From positions 160,001-224,000 of the forward strand of contig CAVPVX010000001.1 in the NCBI GenBank assembly GCA_963709345.1: 64,000 bases of DNA. The letters are read 5' to 3'. This document shows, one piece after another, positions 1-9,843 of this stretch. The position numbers and the translations under genes are program-made. The DNA is from an uncultured Actinomycetes bacterium (GTDB taxonomy: Bacteria > Actinomycetota > Thermoleophilia > UBA2241). The notes beneath the pieces are model-generated. The model made no database searches. It was not told the DNA's origin and saw only the letters and a program-made list of their open reading frames with translations. Position 1 is the stretch's first letter, and each line of letters opens with the position of its first letter.

Positions 1-2404
1 TGCAGAGGATCGCCTTGAGCGGCACGAGCAGCGAGCGGAAGGCGATGAGGAGCACGACGAAGCTCAGCGCCAGCACGACGCCGATGACGAGCGGCAGCCG
101 CGCGGAGATGAGCGTGGAGAGGTCGTCGTAGGCGGCGGTGACGCCGCCGACGTAGGCGGTCACGCCGGCGCCCTCCGTCGCCGCGGGGATGACCGCCGTC
201 CGCAGGAGGCGGACGAGATCGGCGGTGAGCGGGTCGGCGGGGCGCGTGGTGGCGGTGATGGTGTAGACGGCGGCAGTGCCCGACTCGTTCAGCCGCGGCG
301 GCGGCACGGACACGACGCCGGGCGCCGCCGCCAAGGCGTCACGCAGGGCGACAGCGCGGGGATCGGTGGCGCGCGGCTGGCCGCCGACGTCGGTGAGCAG
401 ACCGACGAGCTGCCGCTCGAGATCGCGCGCCCCGTCGGCCTGCCGCTCGAGGCGCCGCTTCTCGCGTTCGAGCGCAGCGGCGTCACGCTCGAGCCCATGC
501 CCGCGGCGCTTCAGCGCCGCGCCCCGCGCCGCAAGCTCGGAGCCCTCGGCCTCAAGGGTGGCGCCTTCGGCGCTCAGTCCCGAGGACTGAGCTTGCAGGG
601 CGCCGCCCTCGGCCGCCAGGCGCTCCCCCTGCCGCTTCAGCGGCGCCGCCTGCTTCTCGAGCGCAGCCGCCTCCGCCCGCACGACCTCGGCCTGCCGCGC
701 GAGCGCCACGAGCTTCGCCTGCAGCTTCGCGAGCTCGACGGGGTCCGTTGTCTGCGCCATCGCCTGCTGCACGGCGGCGATCTCGGCCGCCAGTCTCGCC
801 CCCTCCGCGGCAAGGGCTTCTCCCTCCGCCGCGAGACGGGCCTTCTTCGCCAGCAGCCGTGCCTGCGCCACCTCCAGGCGCTCCTTCTGCGCAAGGAGAG
901 GAGCCGCCCTGGCCTCCAGCGCTGCGCGCTGCGCCTGTAGGGCGGCCGCCTCCGACTGCAGCGCCTCCTTCTCTACTGCCAGCGCGTCGCCGCGTTTCTC
1001 CAGCGTCTTCGCCTCCCGCTTCAACCGGCGGCCGTCCGCCTCGAGCGTGCGTTCCAGCTGCTCCGCCCGCGCGCGCTTGTCCGTGAAGGCTTCGCTCGGC
1101 TCTGCCGCCGGCGAGAAGCTCGCCGCGACCATCAGCCGGCCGTTGGCGCCGGCTCCCAGGCCGGCGGTGGTCAGGTCGAAGGCGCGTCGGTGCGTCGCCG
1201 TCTCCGGCCAGGCGCCCACGTCTTCCTGGCCGAGGATCAGCGTGAGCGTCGGCGCCGCCAGCGGCAGGAGCACGAGCAGCGACGCGATGAGTGAGATCCA
1301 CGGGTGCCGGGTCACGACGCCCGCCCAGCGCGCCCACACGTTGTCGGCGCCGGGCAATCCTGCGGGGTGCTTGACCCACGGCAGCCGGAGGGCGTCGATG
1401 CGTCGGCCGACCAGTCCCAGAACGGCCGGCAGAAGGGTGATCGAGGTCAGCACCGCGACGAACACGGCCAGCGCCGCCGCGTACCCCATCGCGCCGAGCA
1501 GCGGCACCTGGGCGACGAGCAGGGCGAGCAGGGCGATGATCACGGTGACGCCGGCGAAGACCACCGCGCTCCCCGATGTGGCCATGGCCCGAGCCACCGC
1601 GTCACGGACGCCGAGGCCGCCGTGCAATTCGTCGCGGTAGCGAAAGACGATGAACAGCGCGTAGTCGATGCCGACGCCCAGGCCGAGCATCGTCGCCAGC
1701 GTCGGAGCCACGACTGGGATGTCGAGGACGTGCCCGAGCAGACCGATGGTCCCGAGGCCGGTGACGAGCGCGACGATCGCAGTCAGGATCGGCATGCCCG
1801 CGGCCACCAGGGCCCCGAAGGCGAAGGCCAGGATGACGATCCCGGCGCCGATGCCGATGATCTCGCTGCGCCGGGAGTCCTCTTCCGACAACCGGATACC
1901 GAGCACCCCGCCGGCCTCGACCTGCACGCCGGCGCGGCACGCCGGGTCCGCGGCGGCCATGATCTCGCTCGCCAGCTCGCGAGTGACCTGACCGCCGTCC
2001 ACGTCGAGGAGCACCTGGGCGATCCCCGTTCGCTCGTCATCGCTGAGCAGCGTGCCCTTGCCGCCGCGGATGTACGGACCGGTGACGGTGATGACGTGCG
2101 GCAGCGTGCGCATCCGCGCCAGCGACGCCTTGACGGCTCGCTGCACCGCCGGGTCGGTCAGCGTGCCGGCGGCGGTATGGAAGACGACCGGGCTCTGCCC
2201 GTTCTGCTGCGGCGGGAACTCGCGCGTGAGGAAGTCGGTGGCGCGCTGCGTGTCGGTGCCCGGCAGGCGGATGTCGTTCGAGGTGCGCGCGCCCAGCACG
2301 ATCCAGCCGGTGGCCACAGCCGCGACCACGCATGCCCAGACGAGCAGCACGAGGTACGCGCGCCGCGCACAGAAGCCACCGAGTCGATACAGCAGAGCCG
2401 ACAC
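1..2404 (-). CDS. MMPL/RND family transporter with long coiled-coil insert (3' end outside window)
   Basis: Not in ORF track because it has no stop in the window. My translation from GTG at 2404 gives MSALLYRLGGFCARRAYLVLLVW...SNDIRLPGTDTQRATDFL, plus MMPL motifs LGVGIDYALFIV and YVGGVTAAYDDLS; Ala/Glu/Leu/Arg heptads at ~410-1100. Confidence 0.9.
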   Translation of the reverse strand, partial: MSALLYRLGGFCARRAYLVLLVWACVVAAVATGWIVLGARTSNDIRLPGTDTQRATDFLTREFPPQQNGQSPVVFHTAAGTLTDPAVQRAVKASLARMRTLPHVITVTGPYIRGGKGTLLSDDERTGIAQVLLDVDGGQVTRELASEIMAAADPACRAGVQVEAGGVLGIRLSEEDSRRSEIIGIGAGIVILAFAFGALVAAGMPILTAIVALVTGLGTIGLLGHVLDIPVVAPTLATMLGLGVGIDYALFIVFRYRDELHGGLGVRDAVARAMATSGSAVVFAGVTVIIALLALLVAQVPLLGAMGYAAALAVFVAVLTSITLLPAVLGLVGRRIDALRLPWVKHPAGLPGADNVWARWAGVVTRHPWISLIASLLVLLPLAAPTLTLILGQEDVGAWPETATHRRAFDLTTAGLGAGANGRLMVAASFSPAAEPSEAFTDKRARAEQLERTLEADGRRLKREAKTLEKRGDALAVEKEALQSEAAALQAQRAALEARAAPLLAQKERLEVAQARLLAKKARLAAEGEALAAEGARLAAEIAAVQQAMAQTTDPVELAKLQAKLVALARQAEVVRAEAAALEKQAAPLKRQGERLAAEGGALQAQSSGLSAEGATLEAEGSELAARGAALKRRGHGLERDAAALEREKRRLERQADGARDLERQLVGLLTDVGGQPRATDPRAVALRDALAAAPGVVSVPPPRLNESGTAAVYTITATTRPADPLTADLVRLLRTAVIPAATEGAGVTAYVGGVTAAYDDLSTLISARLPLVIGVVLALSFVVLLIAFRSLLVPLKAILC

Positions 2405-2531
2405 GCCGCAGTCATACTCCTTGACGGGACTCCCACGATAGGCGGCGAGCCCGTGGTGTCAAATCGGACGTTCACGGAACCGCCATACACGGCTGGTACC
2501 ATGGGCTCCGCACTCACCGCGGGAGGACAGC

Positions 2532-3983
2532 TTGACCGGATCGGCACAGAAGGAACCACTCGACCGGCTCTGCGCGTGCGGCCGGCGCCGCACGAAGATC
2601 GTCGCGACCTTGGGGCCCGCCACCCGCGACGAGCAGGTGCTCGCACAACTGCTGGAGGCGGGCATGGACGTGGCGCGCATCAACCTCTCGCACGGAGGAA
2701 CCGACGAACACGCGGCGGCGATCGCCGCCGTGCGCCGGCTCGCGGCCGAACGCGCCGTGCCGCTGGCGGTGCTCATCGATCTGCCCGGTCCCAAGCTGCG
2801 TCTTGGAGACCTGCCGCGGCCGCTGGCCGTCTCGGCAGGTCAGACGCTGACGCTGGGAGCGCCTCCGGCCGGCCAGATCCCGGTCAACTTCCCCGAGCTC
2901 CTGCCGTGCTTCACGCCGGGGGAGCTCGTGTTGATCGACGACGGCGCCGTGGCCCTGCGGGTGAGCGCCGTCACCGCAGCGGCGGTCACGCTCGAAGTGC
3001 TCAACGACGGCGTCGTCGCGTCGCGCAAGGGTGTGAACCTGCCCGACACGCGACTGCCGGCCGGCGCCCTGACGGACGCCGACCGTGAGTTCCTCGCCTG
3101 GGGCCTGCAACAGGACGTGGACTACGTCGCCCTCTCGTTCGTGCGCAGCGCCGACGACGTGCGCGAGCTCAAAGGGCTCATCGCCGCGGCGGGCGGCGAC
3201 CAACTCGTGATCGCCAAGATCGAGAAGAGGGAGGCGCTGGACGCCTACCAGGAGATCATCGCCGCAGCCGACGGCGTCATGGTCGCCCGCGGCGACCTCG
3301 GCGTGGAGGTCGATCCGGCAACGGTGCCGATCTGGCAGAAGCGGATCATCCACGCGGCCGTGGTGGCCGGCAAGCCGGTGATCACGGCCACGCAGATGCT
3401 GCAGTCGATGATCGACGCTCCGCGCCCCACGCGTGCCGAGGCGAGTGATGTCGCCAACGCCATCTACGACGCGACCGGCGCCGTCATGCTCTCGGGCGAG
3501 ACCGCCGTCGGCAGCTACCCGGTCGAGGCCGTGCGCACGATGGACCGCATCGCACTGGCCGTGGAGGAGGACGTCGAGCGTGCCGGGCGGGCGCCGCAGC
3601 CGTGGACGGAGGCGCGCTCCGGCGTCTCCACCGCGATCAGCCACGGCGCCTGCGAGGTGGCGCACCGGGTGGGCGCCGCGGCCATCGTCACGGCGACGTT
3701 CTCGGGCGCCACAGCCCGGGCCGTAGCTCGCAGCCTGCCGGCCCAGCCGATCGTCGCCGTCAGTCCCAATCAGCGTGTCGTCAACCAGCTCGCCCTCTGC
3801 TGGGGCGTCTGCCCTCTGCTGGGCGAGCACCGCGGCAGCTTCGAGGAGGTCGCGAGCGAGGCCAACGACCTCGTGCTCTCCGGCGGCTTCGGCCGCCCGG
3901 GTGAGGTCGCCGTCATCACCGCCGGCCTCCAGACGAACCAGTCGGGCAAGACGAACCTGATCAAGGCGCACGTGCTGGGCTGA
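2532..3983 (+). CDS. pyk: Pyruvate kinase
   Basis: RRTKIVATLGP, ARINLSHG, IAKIEK, DGVMVARGDLG, ATQMLQSM, PTRAEASDVANA, MLSGETAVG. Confidence 0.97.
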   Translation: MTGSAQKEPLDRLCACGRRRTKIVATLGPATRDEQVLAQLLEAGMDVARINLSHGGTDEHAAAIAAVRRLAAERAVPLAVLIDLPGPKLRLGDLPRPLAVSAGQTLTLGAPPAGQIPVNFPELLPCFTPGELVLIDDGAVALRVSAVTAAAVTLEVLNDGVVASRKGVNLPDTRLPAGALTDADREFLAWGLQQDVDYVALSFVRSADDVRELKGLIAAAGGDQLVIAKIEKREALDAYQEIIAAADGVMVARGDLGVEVDPATVPIWQKRIIHAAVVAGKPVITATQMLQSMIDAPRPTRAEASDVANAIYDATGAVMLSGETAVGSYPVEAVRTMDRIALAVEEDVERAGRAPQPWTEARSGVSTAISHGACEVAHRVGAAAIVTATFSGATARAVARSLPAQPIVAVSPNQRVVNQLALCWGVCPLLGEHRGSFEEVASEANDLVLSGGFGRPGEVAVITAGLQTNQSGKTNLIKAHVLG

Positions 3984-4021
3984 GAGTTCCGCGTGTCGGT
4001 ACTACTCGGGGATAGGACAGA

Positions 4022-5143
4022 CTAGGCGACCGACGGCACCAGCGCGTGCACTCCCGAGAGCTCCGCCATGAGTTCCTTCACGGGCAGAATGCGGTCGACC
4101 CGCGCTGCGGTGGTGCCGGCCGTGTAGAGAGGCTCTTCCGCGTTCGCGTCGTGGCCGGCTGCGCTGCAGAGGCCGTTGCAGATGCAGAAGGAGTGCTTGT
4201 TGTCCCGCCTCGCGGCGCACACGGCGTAGCGCCCCTCGGCGTCCTTGCCGAGCACGTAACCCTTGTCGCAGCGAGGCGCCCGGCGGCGGGCGAGTGTCGA
4301 CTGGTACATGGGCGATTCGCGCAGCACCCGGAAGGGCAGACCGCAAGGCGAGCCCGGGTCGTTGGCGACCAGGATGTCCTCCGGACGCGCCCGCACGACG
4401 GCCCGCTTGTAGTCGGCCGAGGCGCCGCTCTCTTCCGTGGCCAGGAAGCGTGTCCCCATCTGCACGCCATCGGCGCCAAGGGCGAGGAAGCGGCGGATGT
4501 CCGCGTGCGTGAAGATGCCTCCGGCGACGATCACCGGGAAGTCGCCGTGCGCCTGCGCGACCTCCTTGACCGGCGCCAGCAGGCGCTCGAGGCTGTTCTC
4601 GGCGAGTCCGACCTGGTCGGCGCGGAACCCAAGGTGGCCGCCGGCAAGCGGGCCCTCCACGACGACGGCGTCCGGACGATAGTGCAACCGCTCCCAGCGC
4701 CGGCAGATGAGATCGAGGGCGCGCGCCGACGAGACGATGGGGATGAGCGCGGTGTCGCCGGGCGGCTTGATCGCCGGCAGGTTCAGCGGCAGGCCGGCGC
4801 CCGAGACGATCGCGTCGGCGCCGGCGTCGATGGCGGCCGCCACGGTGGCCTCGTAGTCGCGCTGCAGGGCGACCATGATGTTGATGCCGGCGAAGCCGCC
4901 GCCGGCCTTGGCGGCGGCGACTTCGGTCCGGACCGCCTCAGCGGTGTCCACCCTGGTGCCGGAACGCTCACCGACCATGCGGTCGAGACAGGCGCTCGAG
5001 AGCAGGCCGAGCCCGCCGGCGACGGCCACGGCGCAGGCCAGCGGGTAGAGGGAAACGCCCACGCCCATGCCTCCCTGCACAATCGGCAGAGAGATGCGCA
5101 TACCTTTGATTCTCAAAGAGGGGAGCGGGGGGACAGCGATCAG
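4022..5143 (-). CDS. Nitronate monooxygenase / 2-nitropropane dioxygenase family flavoprotein with Cys-rich C-terminus
   Basis: PIVQGGMGVG, VEGPLAGGHLG, AGGI, GVQMGTRFLATEE, CICNGL. Start uncertain: in-frame CTG at 5143 follows AAGGAGG; TTG and ATG alternatives lie slightly downstream. Confidence 0.88.
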   Translation of the reverse strand: MIAVPPLPSLRIKGMRISLPIVQGGMGVGVSLYPLACAVAVAGGLGLLSSACLDRMVGERSGTRVDTAEAVRTEVAAAKAGGGFAGINIMVALQRDYEATVAAAIDAGADAIVSGAGLPLNLPAIKPPGDTALIPIVSSARALDLICRRWERLHYRPDAVVVEGPLAGGHLGFRADQVGLAENSLERLLAPVKEVAQAHGDFPVIVAGGIFTHADIRRFLALGADGVQMGTRFLATEESGASADYKRAVVRARPEDILVANDPGSPCGLPFRVLRESPMYQSTLARRRAPRCDKGYVLGKDAEGRYAVCAARRDNKHSFCICNGLCSAAGHDANAEEPLYTAGTTAARVDRILPVKELMAELSGVHALVPSVA

Positions 5144-5335
5144 GGGAAACGACCTCCTTGACTGAGTGTACCCGCGAAACGGCCGAAGAACAACGGTCGC
5201 TCGGGCCGTGGCACGCGGCGCGCGCCCTCCCGGACTCCCAGCCACACGCCGCGCACGGCCACGCGTTCAGTCCTGCGCTCCGCTGGGGTATCCTGTTACC
5301 GGTGGCGCCGCCCACGAGGCAAGGGGCTGATCCTG

Positions 5336-6847
5336 GTGGCGCAGGGGTGCGCAGACAACGGGGATAAGAACGACGTGACGCCCTCCGGGTACGCCTTGGC
5401 TGAACTCATGGGCCTTGACCGCGTGCAACGCCTGTGCGACGGCTTGTCCGCCTCATGCGACATCGCCCTCGCGGTACTCGACCCCGCCGGCAACGTGCTC
5501 ATCGCCTCGGGCTGGCAGGACATCTGCACCGCATTCCACCGCGTCAACGAGAAGACGGCGCGCTGCTGCCGCGAGAGTGATCTGCGCATCAACCAGCGCC
5601 TGCGCGCAGGTATGGGAGCGTCGGAGCATTACGCCTACAAGTGCGCCAACGGGCTGTGGGACGTCGCCTTCCCCCTGGTCGTCTCCGGCGAGCACGTGGC
5701 CAACATGTATACCGGTCAGTTCTTCTTCGACGACGACGTCGTGGACATGGACGCCTTCGCCGAGCGGGCGCGCCGGCTCGGCTTCGACGAACAGGCATAT
5801 CTCGAAGCGCTCGCGCGCGTGCCGGTGATCTCGCACGAGCGCCTGGAGGTGAACATCCGCTTCCTCGCCGACTTCGTCGGCCTGCTCGGCGAGCTTGGCC
5901 TGAGCGCCATCCTGCGGAGGGAGAAGCACAGGCAGCTCGAGGAGAGCGAGCGACGGTATCGTCATCTGTTCGACAATGCGACGGAGGGCCTCACCGTCTT
6001 CCGCGCCGAGGGCGACGGCTGCGGCGGCGTCGGCGACCTCGTGATCGTCGACGTGAACCCGACGCAGTCGAGCCGCACGCACACGCCGCGCGAGCAGCTG
6101 ATCGGCCGAAGGAGGAGCCGCTGCGGCGAGGAAGGAGAGCGGCTGCGCGCGTATTTCGACGTGGTGGCGAGCGCCGCCGACACCGGGGAATGCACCCGCT
6201 GCGAGTTCCGCGTGCGCGCCGAAGGCACCTACGAATTGCTCACCGCGTACCCCGCAGGGCGCGACCTCTGGGCCCTCTCGGCGGTGGACGTCACCGACGT
6301 CCGCGAGGCGGAGCAGGCGCTCCGCCTGCAGGAGGAGGCCATCCGCAGCGCCTACGTGGACGTTCTCGATGCTGTGACCGGCGGCAAGCTGATCCTCCTC
6401 ACCGAGGAGGCCCTCCTCGGTCAGCTGGGCCGGCCGCTCAGCAAGCCTCTGGCGATCGGCACGACGGCCGAGCTGGCCGAGGCGCGGCGGCGCGTGCTCG
6501 AGGCCGCCGAGCTGCACTTCCCGGGGCGGCTCCGCGCCTCAGACCTGCTCAGCCCGGTGAGCGAGGCCCTCGACAACGCGCTGAAGCACGGCCACGGAGG
6601 GACGTACCAGCTCTTCGCCCGAGACCGCTGCATCCAGGTCGCAATCAGCGATCAGGGACCAGGCATCGACTTCAGGACCCTGCCGAAGGCCACGCTCGTG
6701 CCGGGCTTCTCCACTGCCGCCAGTCTCGGCATGGGCTTCACGATCATGCTCCGGCTCTGCGAGCGCGTACTCCTCAGCACCAGACCCGGCCGCACCGAAG
6801 TCGTGCTCGAAGTCGCGAGCGGCGGCCAGTCGCTCATCCCGGACTGA
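5336..6847 (+). CDS. PocR sensor - PAS - RsbW-like HATPase_c protein (no HisKA)
   Basis: PocR motifs SGWQDICTAFHR, YKCANGLWDVAFPL, GQFF; PAS YRHLFDNATEG; C-terminal EALDNALKHG, ISDQGPGID, SLGMGF. Confidence 0.85.
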   Translation: MAQGCADNGDKNDVTPSGYALAELMGLDRVQRLCDGLSASCDIALAVLDPAGNVLIASGWQDICTAFHRVNEKTARCCRESDLRINQRLRAGMGASEHYAYKCANGLWDVAFPLVVSGEHVANMYTGQFFFDDDVVDMDAFAERARRLGFDEQAYLEALARVPVISHERLEVNIRFLADFVGLLGELGLSAILRREKHRQLEESERRYRHLFDNATEGLTVFRAEGDGCGGVGDLVIVDVNPTQSSRTHTPREQLIGRRRSRCGEEGERLRAYFDVVASAADTGECTRCEFRVRAEGTYELLTAYPAGRDLWALSAVDVTDVREAEQALRLQEEAIRSAYVDVLDAVTGGKLILLTEEALLGQLGRPLSKPLAIGTTAELAEARRRVLEAAELHFPGRLRASDLLSPVSEALDNALKHGHGGTYQLFARDRCIQVAISDQGPGIDFRTLPKATLVPGFSTAASLGMGFTIMLRLCERVLLSTRPGRTEVVLEVASGGQSLIPD

Positions 6848-6995
6848 TCTCGCACCCACCGGCTTCGGCAGCCGCTGGCGCCCCGACGCGTCACCCATGC
6901 CCCAGGCGGCTAGACGGATGTTCCGGGCGCGAACGCCGCGAAGTGGGCGACATAATGACTGGAGACCTGAGACCCTTCGATGAACGGGGATGCAC

Positions 6996-7340
6996 GTGAG
7001 TGCAAGACGACTGCAGGATGCCTACGCCGGTCCCGGCAGCAACGTCGCGGCGGCCGCCAAGTCGGGCAAGCGCCTCTCGCTCGACGAGGTCCGCGCCACC
7101 GGCTTGCCTGCGTACTTCTTCGACCACGGCGAGCACCTGCTGTATCTGAACGATGAGATCTTCGACCTCGAAGAGCGCGATATCTCGATGCGCGCCCGCA
7201 CACGTCCACAGCCGCTCCCGCACCAGATCCTCGAGGACGGGGTCGGCATCGAGTTCGGCTGGCGGCACGCCGAAGGGTGCGTGTGCCCGCACTGCTGGCA
7301 CCGCGGGCACGGCAATGGCATGCGCGAGGACGTCGCCTGA
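6996..7340 (+). CDS. Hypothetical protein with C-terminal HxxxCxCxxC motif
   Basis: Protein-like composition and typical codon usage; WRHAEGCVCPHC. Confidence 0.65.
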   Translation: MSARRLQDAYAGPGSNVAAAAKSGKRLSLDEVRATGLPAYFFDHGEHLLYLNDEIFDLEERDISMRARTRPQPLPHQILEDGVGIEFGWRHAEGCVCPHCWHRGHGNGMREDVA

Positions 7341-7418
7341 CGGCATCCTCCACGCTGCATCGCATCCGCGACCGCCAGACCGGGGCTACCGACCGAGCGA
7401 CGCAGGACGAGCGTGACC

Positions 7419-8148
7419 ATGGACGATGAAGCCGCCCCAAGCGCGCATCCGGACGACATCGTCGCGCAGCACGGGCGGCTCGTCTCGTCGATCTGCCGGC
7501 GCAGGACTCGCGACCGCGAGGTCGCGCGAGGCAGCACAGGAGGTCTGGCTGGCGATCCTGGAGGGCCTCCCGGGCTTTCGTGGCGAGTCGCGCCTCTCCA
7601 TATGGATCCACACCATTACGCGGCGCGTCGTCGGGCGGTACGCGCAGGCTCAGCGCAGGTACAGCACCCGGTCTCTGAGCGCCTACGTCGAGACCGGCGA
7701 CGAGCCGGCGACTCCCGCCGCTGAGGATCTCGACCACGACCTCTGGGTCCGCTCGATGTGTGACCAGTGTCTCTGCGGAATGGCCCAGTGCCTGCCGCCG
7801 GACGCGCGTCTCGCGTACCTGCTGCGAGAAGTGTCCGGCCTCCGCTCCCACGACGTAGCAGAGATGCTGAAGGTCGAGCCGGACGCCGCACGCCAAATGG
7901 TCTCGCGATCGCAGTGCAAGCTCGCCCGCTTCATGAGCGGGCACTGCACCCTGGCCCATCCGGATGGCCCCTGCCGCTGCCGGATGCACAGCCGGGTGGA
8001 GGCCGTCGACCTGCCTGCGGAGTACGCGCCCCTGCGCCGCAGCGTCCACCACGTCCGGGTGATCAAGGAGTCCGAGCAGGTGCTGCCGCTGAAGGACTAC
8101 CGGCTGGAGTTGTCACAGACCGGGTCGCCGGGCCACCACTCTCCGTGA
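7419..8148 (+). pseudogene. ECF sigma factor with Cys-rich C-terminal extension, frameshifted near 7525
   Basis: N-terminus (MDDEAAP...HGRLVSSICRR) is in one frame; region 2 (EAAQEVWL..LPGFRGESRLSIWI), region 4 and the CTLAHPDGPCRC tail are in another. The join lies in a GC dinucleotide run (gtcgcgcgag). Confidence 0.8.
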
Positions 8149-8190
8149 AGCCCTCCATCGGACAGGCCGCACCGGACAGGGAGAGGCCCG

Positions 8191-8365
8191 ATGGAACCCG
8201 CCCAGCACATCCGCCTCCTGCACCTCACGTACGCCGCCCGGCTCGCCGACTCCATGCTGCAGTACGAGCGCCACGGCATCCTCGAGCAGGTGACCGCCGA
8301 GCGCTGCAATCACCGTTGAGGAGACCCTCTACGACGGCGTCGAATGCCGCGTGCGCATGGACTGA
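8191..8365 (+). pseudogene. Internally deleted small gene downstream of the ECF sigma factor
   Basis: MEPAQHIRLLHLTYAARLADSMLQYERHGILEQVTAE after a GGGAGAGG RBS, joined out of frame to a C-terminal-looking ITVEETLYDGVECRVRMD*. Confidence 0.5.
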
Positions 8366-8384
8366 CGCCGCAACCGCCCGGGCG

Positions 8385-8957
8385 CTACTGGAACATCTTC
8401 CCCAGCAGGAGGTTGGCCAGTTCCGCGCCGAAATCGGCGGGGTCCTCAGTGTAGACGGCCGGGTTCCAGTCGACTCGGACGACGGCGTCGCCCTTGATCG
8501 CCACCACGCCGGCGCGTCCGTCGGAGAACGTGAGGTAGTACGCCGCATCGCCGACGCCGCCCACGTCTTCCACGGAGCCGCCCTCGGCGTAGCTCTTGGT
8601 GTCCTCGAACACAGCCTCCCCGCCCTGGACGTCGGCGCCGAAGTAGATCTTCGAGTCGGCGACGCCCGCGGTGGTGTAGCTCCCGGCCGGCTTGCCCGAC
8701 TGGGCGGCCGACGACGCCTCGGGGAAGGCCTCCATCGTCTTCCCGGTGATCGCGCCGACCTCCTCGGCAGTGATCGCGTCCGTCATCGCCCAGCCGTCCG
8801 GCAGGCTGATGGCGGCAGCGGAACCGCCGTCCGACGGAGCCGCGGCGGAACCGCCGTCCGACGGAGCGACCACGGAATCGCCGTCGGACGACGACGAGCC
8901 GCACCCGACGACCACGAGGGCGAGGATGAACACTGCGAGAATGGCGATCTTGCGCAT
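8385..8957 (-). CDS. Lipoprotein, hypothetical
   Basis: MRKIAILAVFILALVVVGC lipobox after GGAGG; Ser/Ala linker with APSDGGSAA repeat. Confidence 0.85.
   Translation of the reverse strand: MRKIAILAVFILALVVVGCGSSSSDGDSVVAPSDGGSAAAPSDGGSAAAISLPDGWAMTDAITAEEVGAITGKTMEAFPEASSAAQSGKPAGSYTTAGVADSKIYFGADVQGGEAVFEDTKSYAEGGSVEDVGGVGDAAYYLTFSDGRAGVVAIKGDAVVRVDWNPAVYTEDPADFGAELANLLLGKMFQ
8818..8868. repeat. 24-bp tandem repeat (x2) encoding the APSDGGSA linker
   Basis: gcggaaccgccgtccgacggagc occurs twice. Confidence 0.8.
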
Positions 8958-9066
8958 GGGCAGAAAACCTCCTATGGAATACGTGAGCCGACACGCGCAT
9001 AGTACAACGGTCGAATCCGCGGCAACAAGGGTGACGATCTGCCCGGACCGGCACGGGACGGCCGCG

Positions 9067-9231
9067 TCAGGCGACGCCAACCGAGGGCCGGGGAGTCGCG
9101 CCGGCGCGCCCATCGAGCAGGAAGAGGTAGCTGCTCCCGCAGGAGGGACAGCCCGCGGCACCGCACCGCGTAGACTGCGCGGGAACGACGACGAGCAGTT
9201 CCTCCTTGCACACCTCACACGTGAACTCCAT
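9067..9231 (-). CDS. Small zinc-ribbon protein (54 aa)
   Basis: Below ORF-track cutoff; MEFTCEVCKEELLVVVPAQSTRCGAAGCPSCGSSYLFLLDG has two CxxC pairs. Confidence 0.6.
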   Translation of the reverse strand: MEFTCEVCKEELLVVVPAQSTRCGAAGCPSCGSSYLFLLDGRAGATPRPSVGVA

Positions 9232-9482
9232 GGCCAGGACCGCCTGCCTGTGTGCGACCGGCCACCGGGCTGCCTCACGCCATCAGGGTGACATCCGGCG
9301 ACTCGCCTCCTGTGTCGGAAATCCGTGATGCGCCGGACCCGCGCGCATCTCACGTCTGCGCCTGGAGAACGCGTGGCGGTCGTAGTCTGCGCGCGGCCCG
9401 ACAGGCGGGGGTGACCGTGGCGTATCGGCATGGTGAAGCCGCGGACGGAAGCCTGCCTCAAGCATTCACGAGGATCCCGCTC

Positions 9483-9833
9483 ATGAGCCTGTTCCGCCAT
9501 CACGACCGCGCGGACGCGGGCGACCACGAGAGCTCGTCGTTCGAGGTCCTGGGCGCCGACCGTGTGATCCTTCGCTTCACACGCGATGACTTCGACATGA
9601 TCGCCGAGACCACGGACCCGGATGAGGTCCGGCGCAAGCTGGAGCGGGGATGGGTTATCCTCCACGAACGCGAGGTCCCCGGCGGCGGGCGGCAAGCCTT
9701 CGGGGCGGACCTGATCGTCGGCATCGAAGGCATCCACGTGGGCGGTCTTGTCGGCCCGGCGACCGCAGAGACGACGACACGATACTCGATCGGCATTCTG
9801 AAGGACGGGGCGCAAGGCGAACCGGTGGCGTGA
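9483..9833 (+). CDS. Hypothetical protein
   Basis: ATG after GAGGA; typical codon usage; 10 bp upstream of the next gene. Confidence 0.7.
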   Translation: MSLFRHHDRADAGDHESSSFEVLGADRVILRFTRDDFDMIAETTDPDEVRRKLERGWVILHEREVPGGGRQAFGADLIVGIEGIHVGGLVGPATAETTTRYSIGILKDGAQGEPVA

Positions 9834-9843
9834 AGGGGAGCTG

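Noticed and set aside
1304-3088. Long ORFs such as 1304-3088(+), 12069-13970(-), 42482-44353(-), 49851-52142(+) and the 1052-aa 51863-55021(-)
   Set aside because: Shadow or antisense frames typical of high-GC DNA overlapping recognisable genes; only the last ~317 aa of the 1052-aa ORF (thrB) is real.
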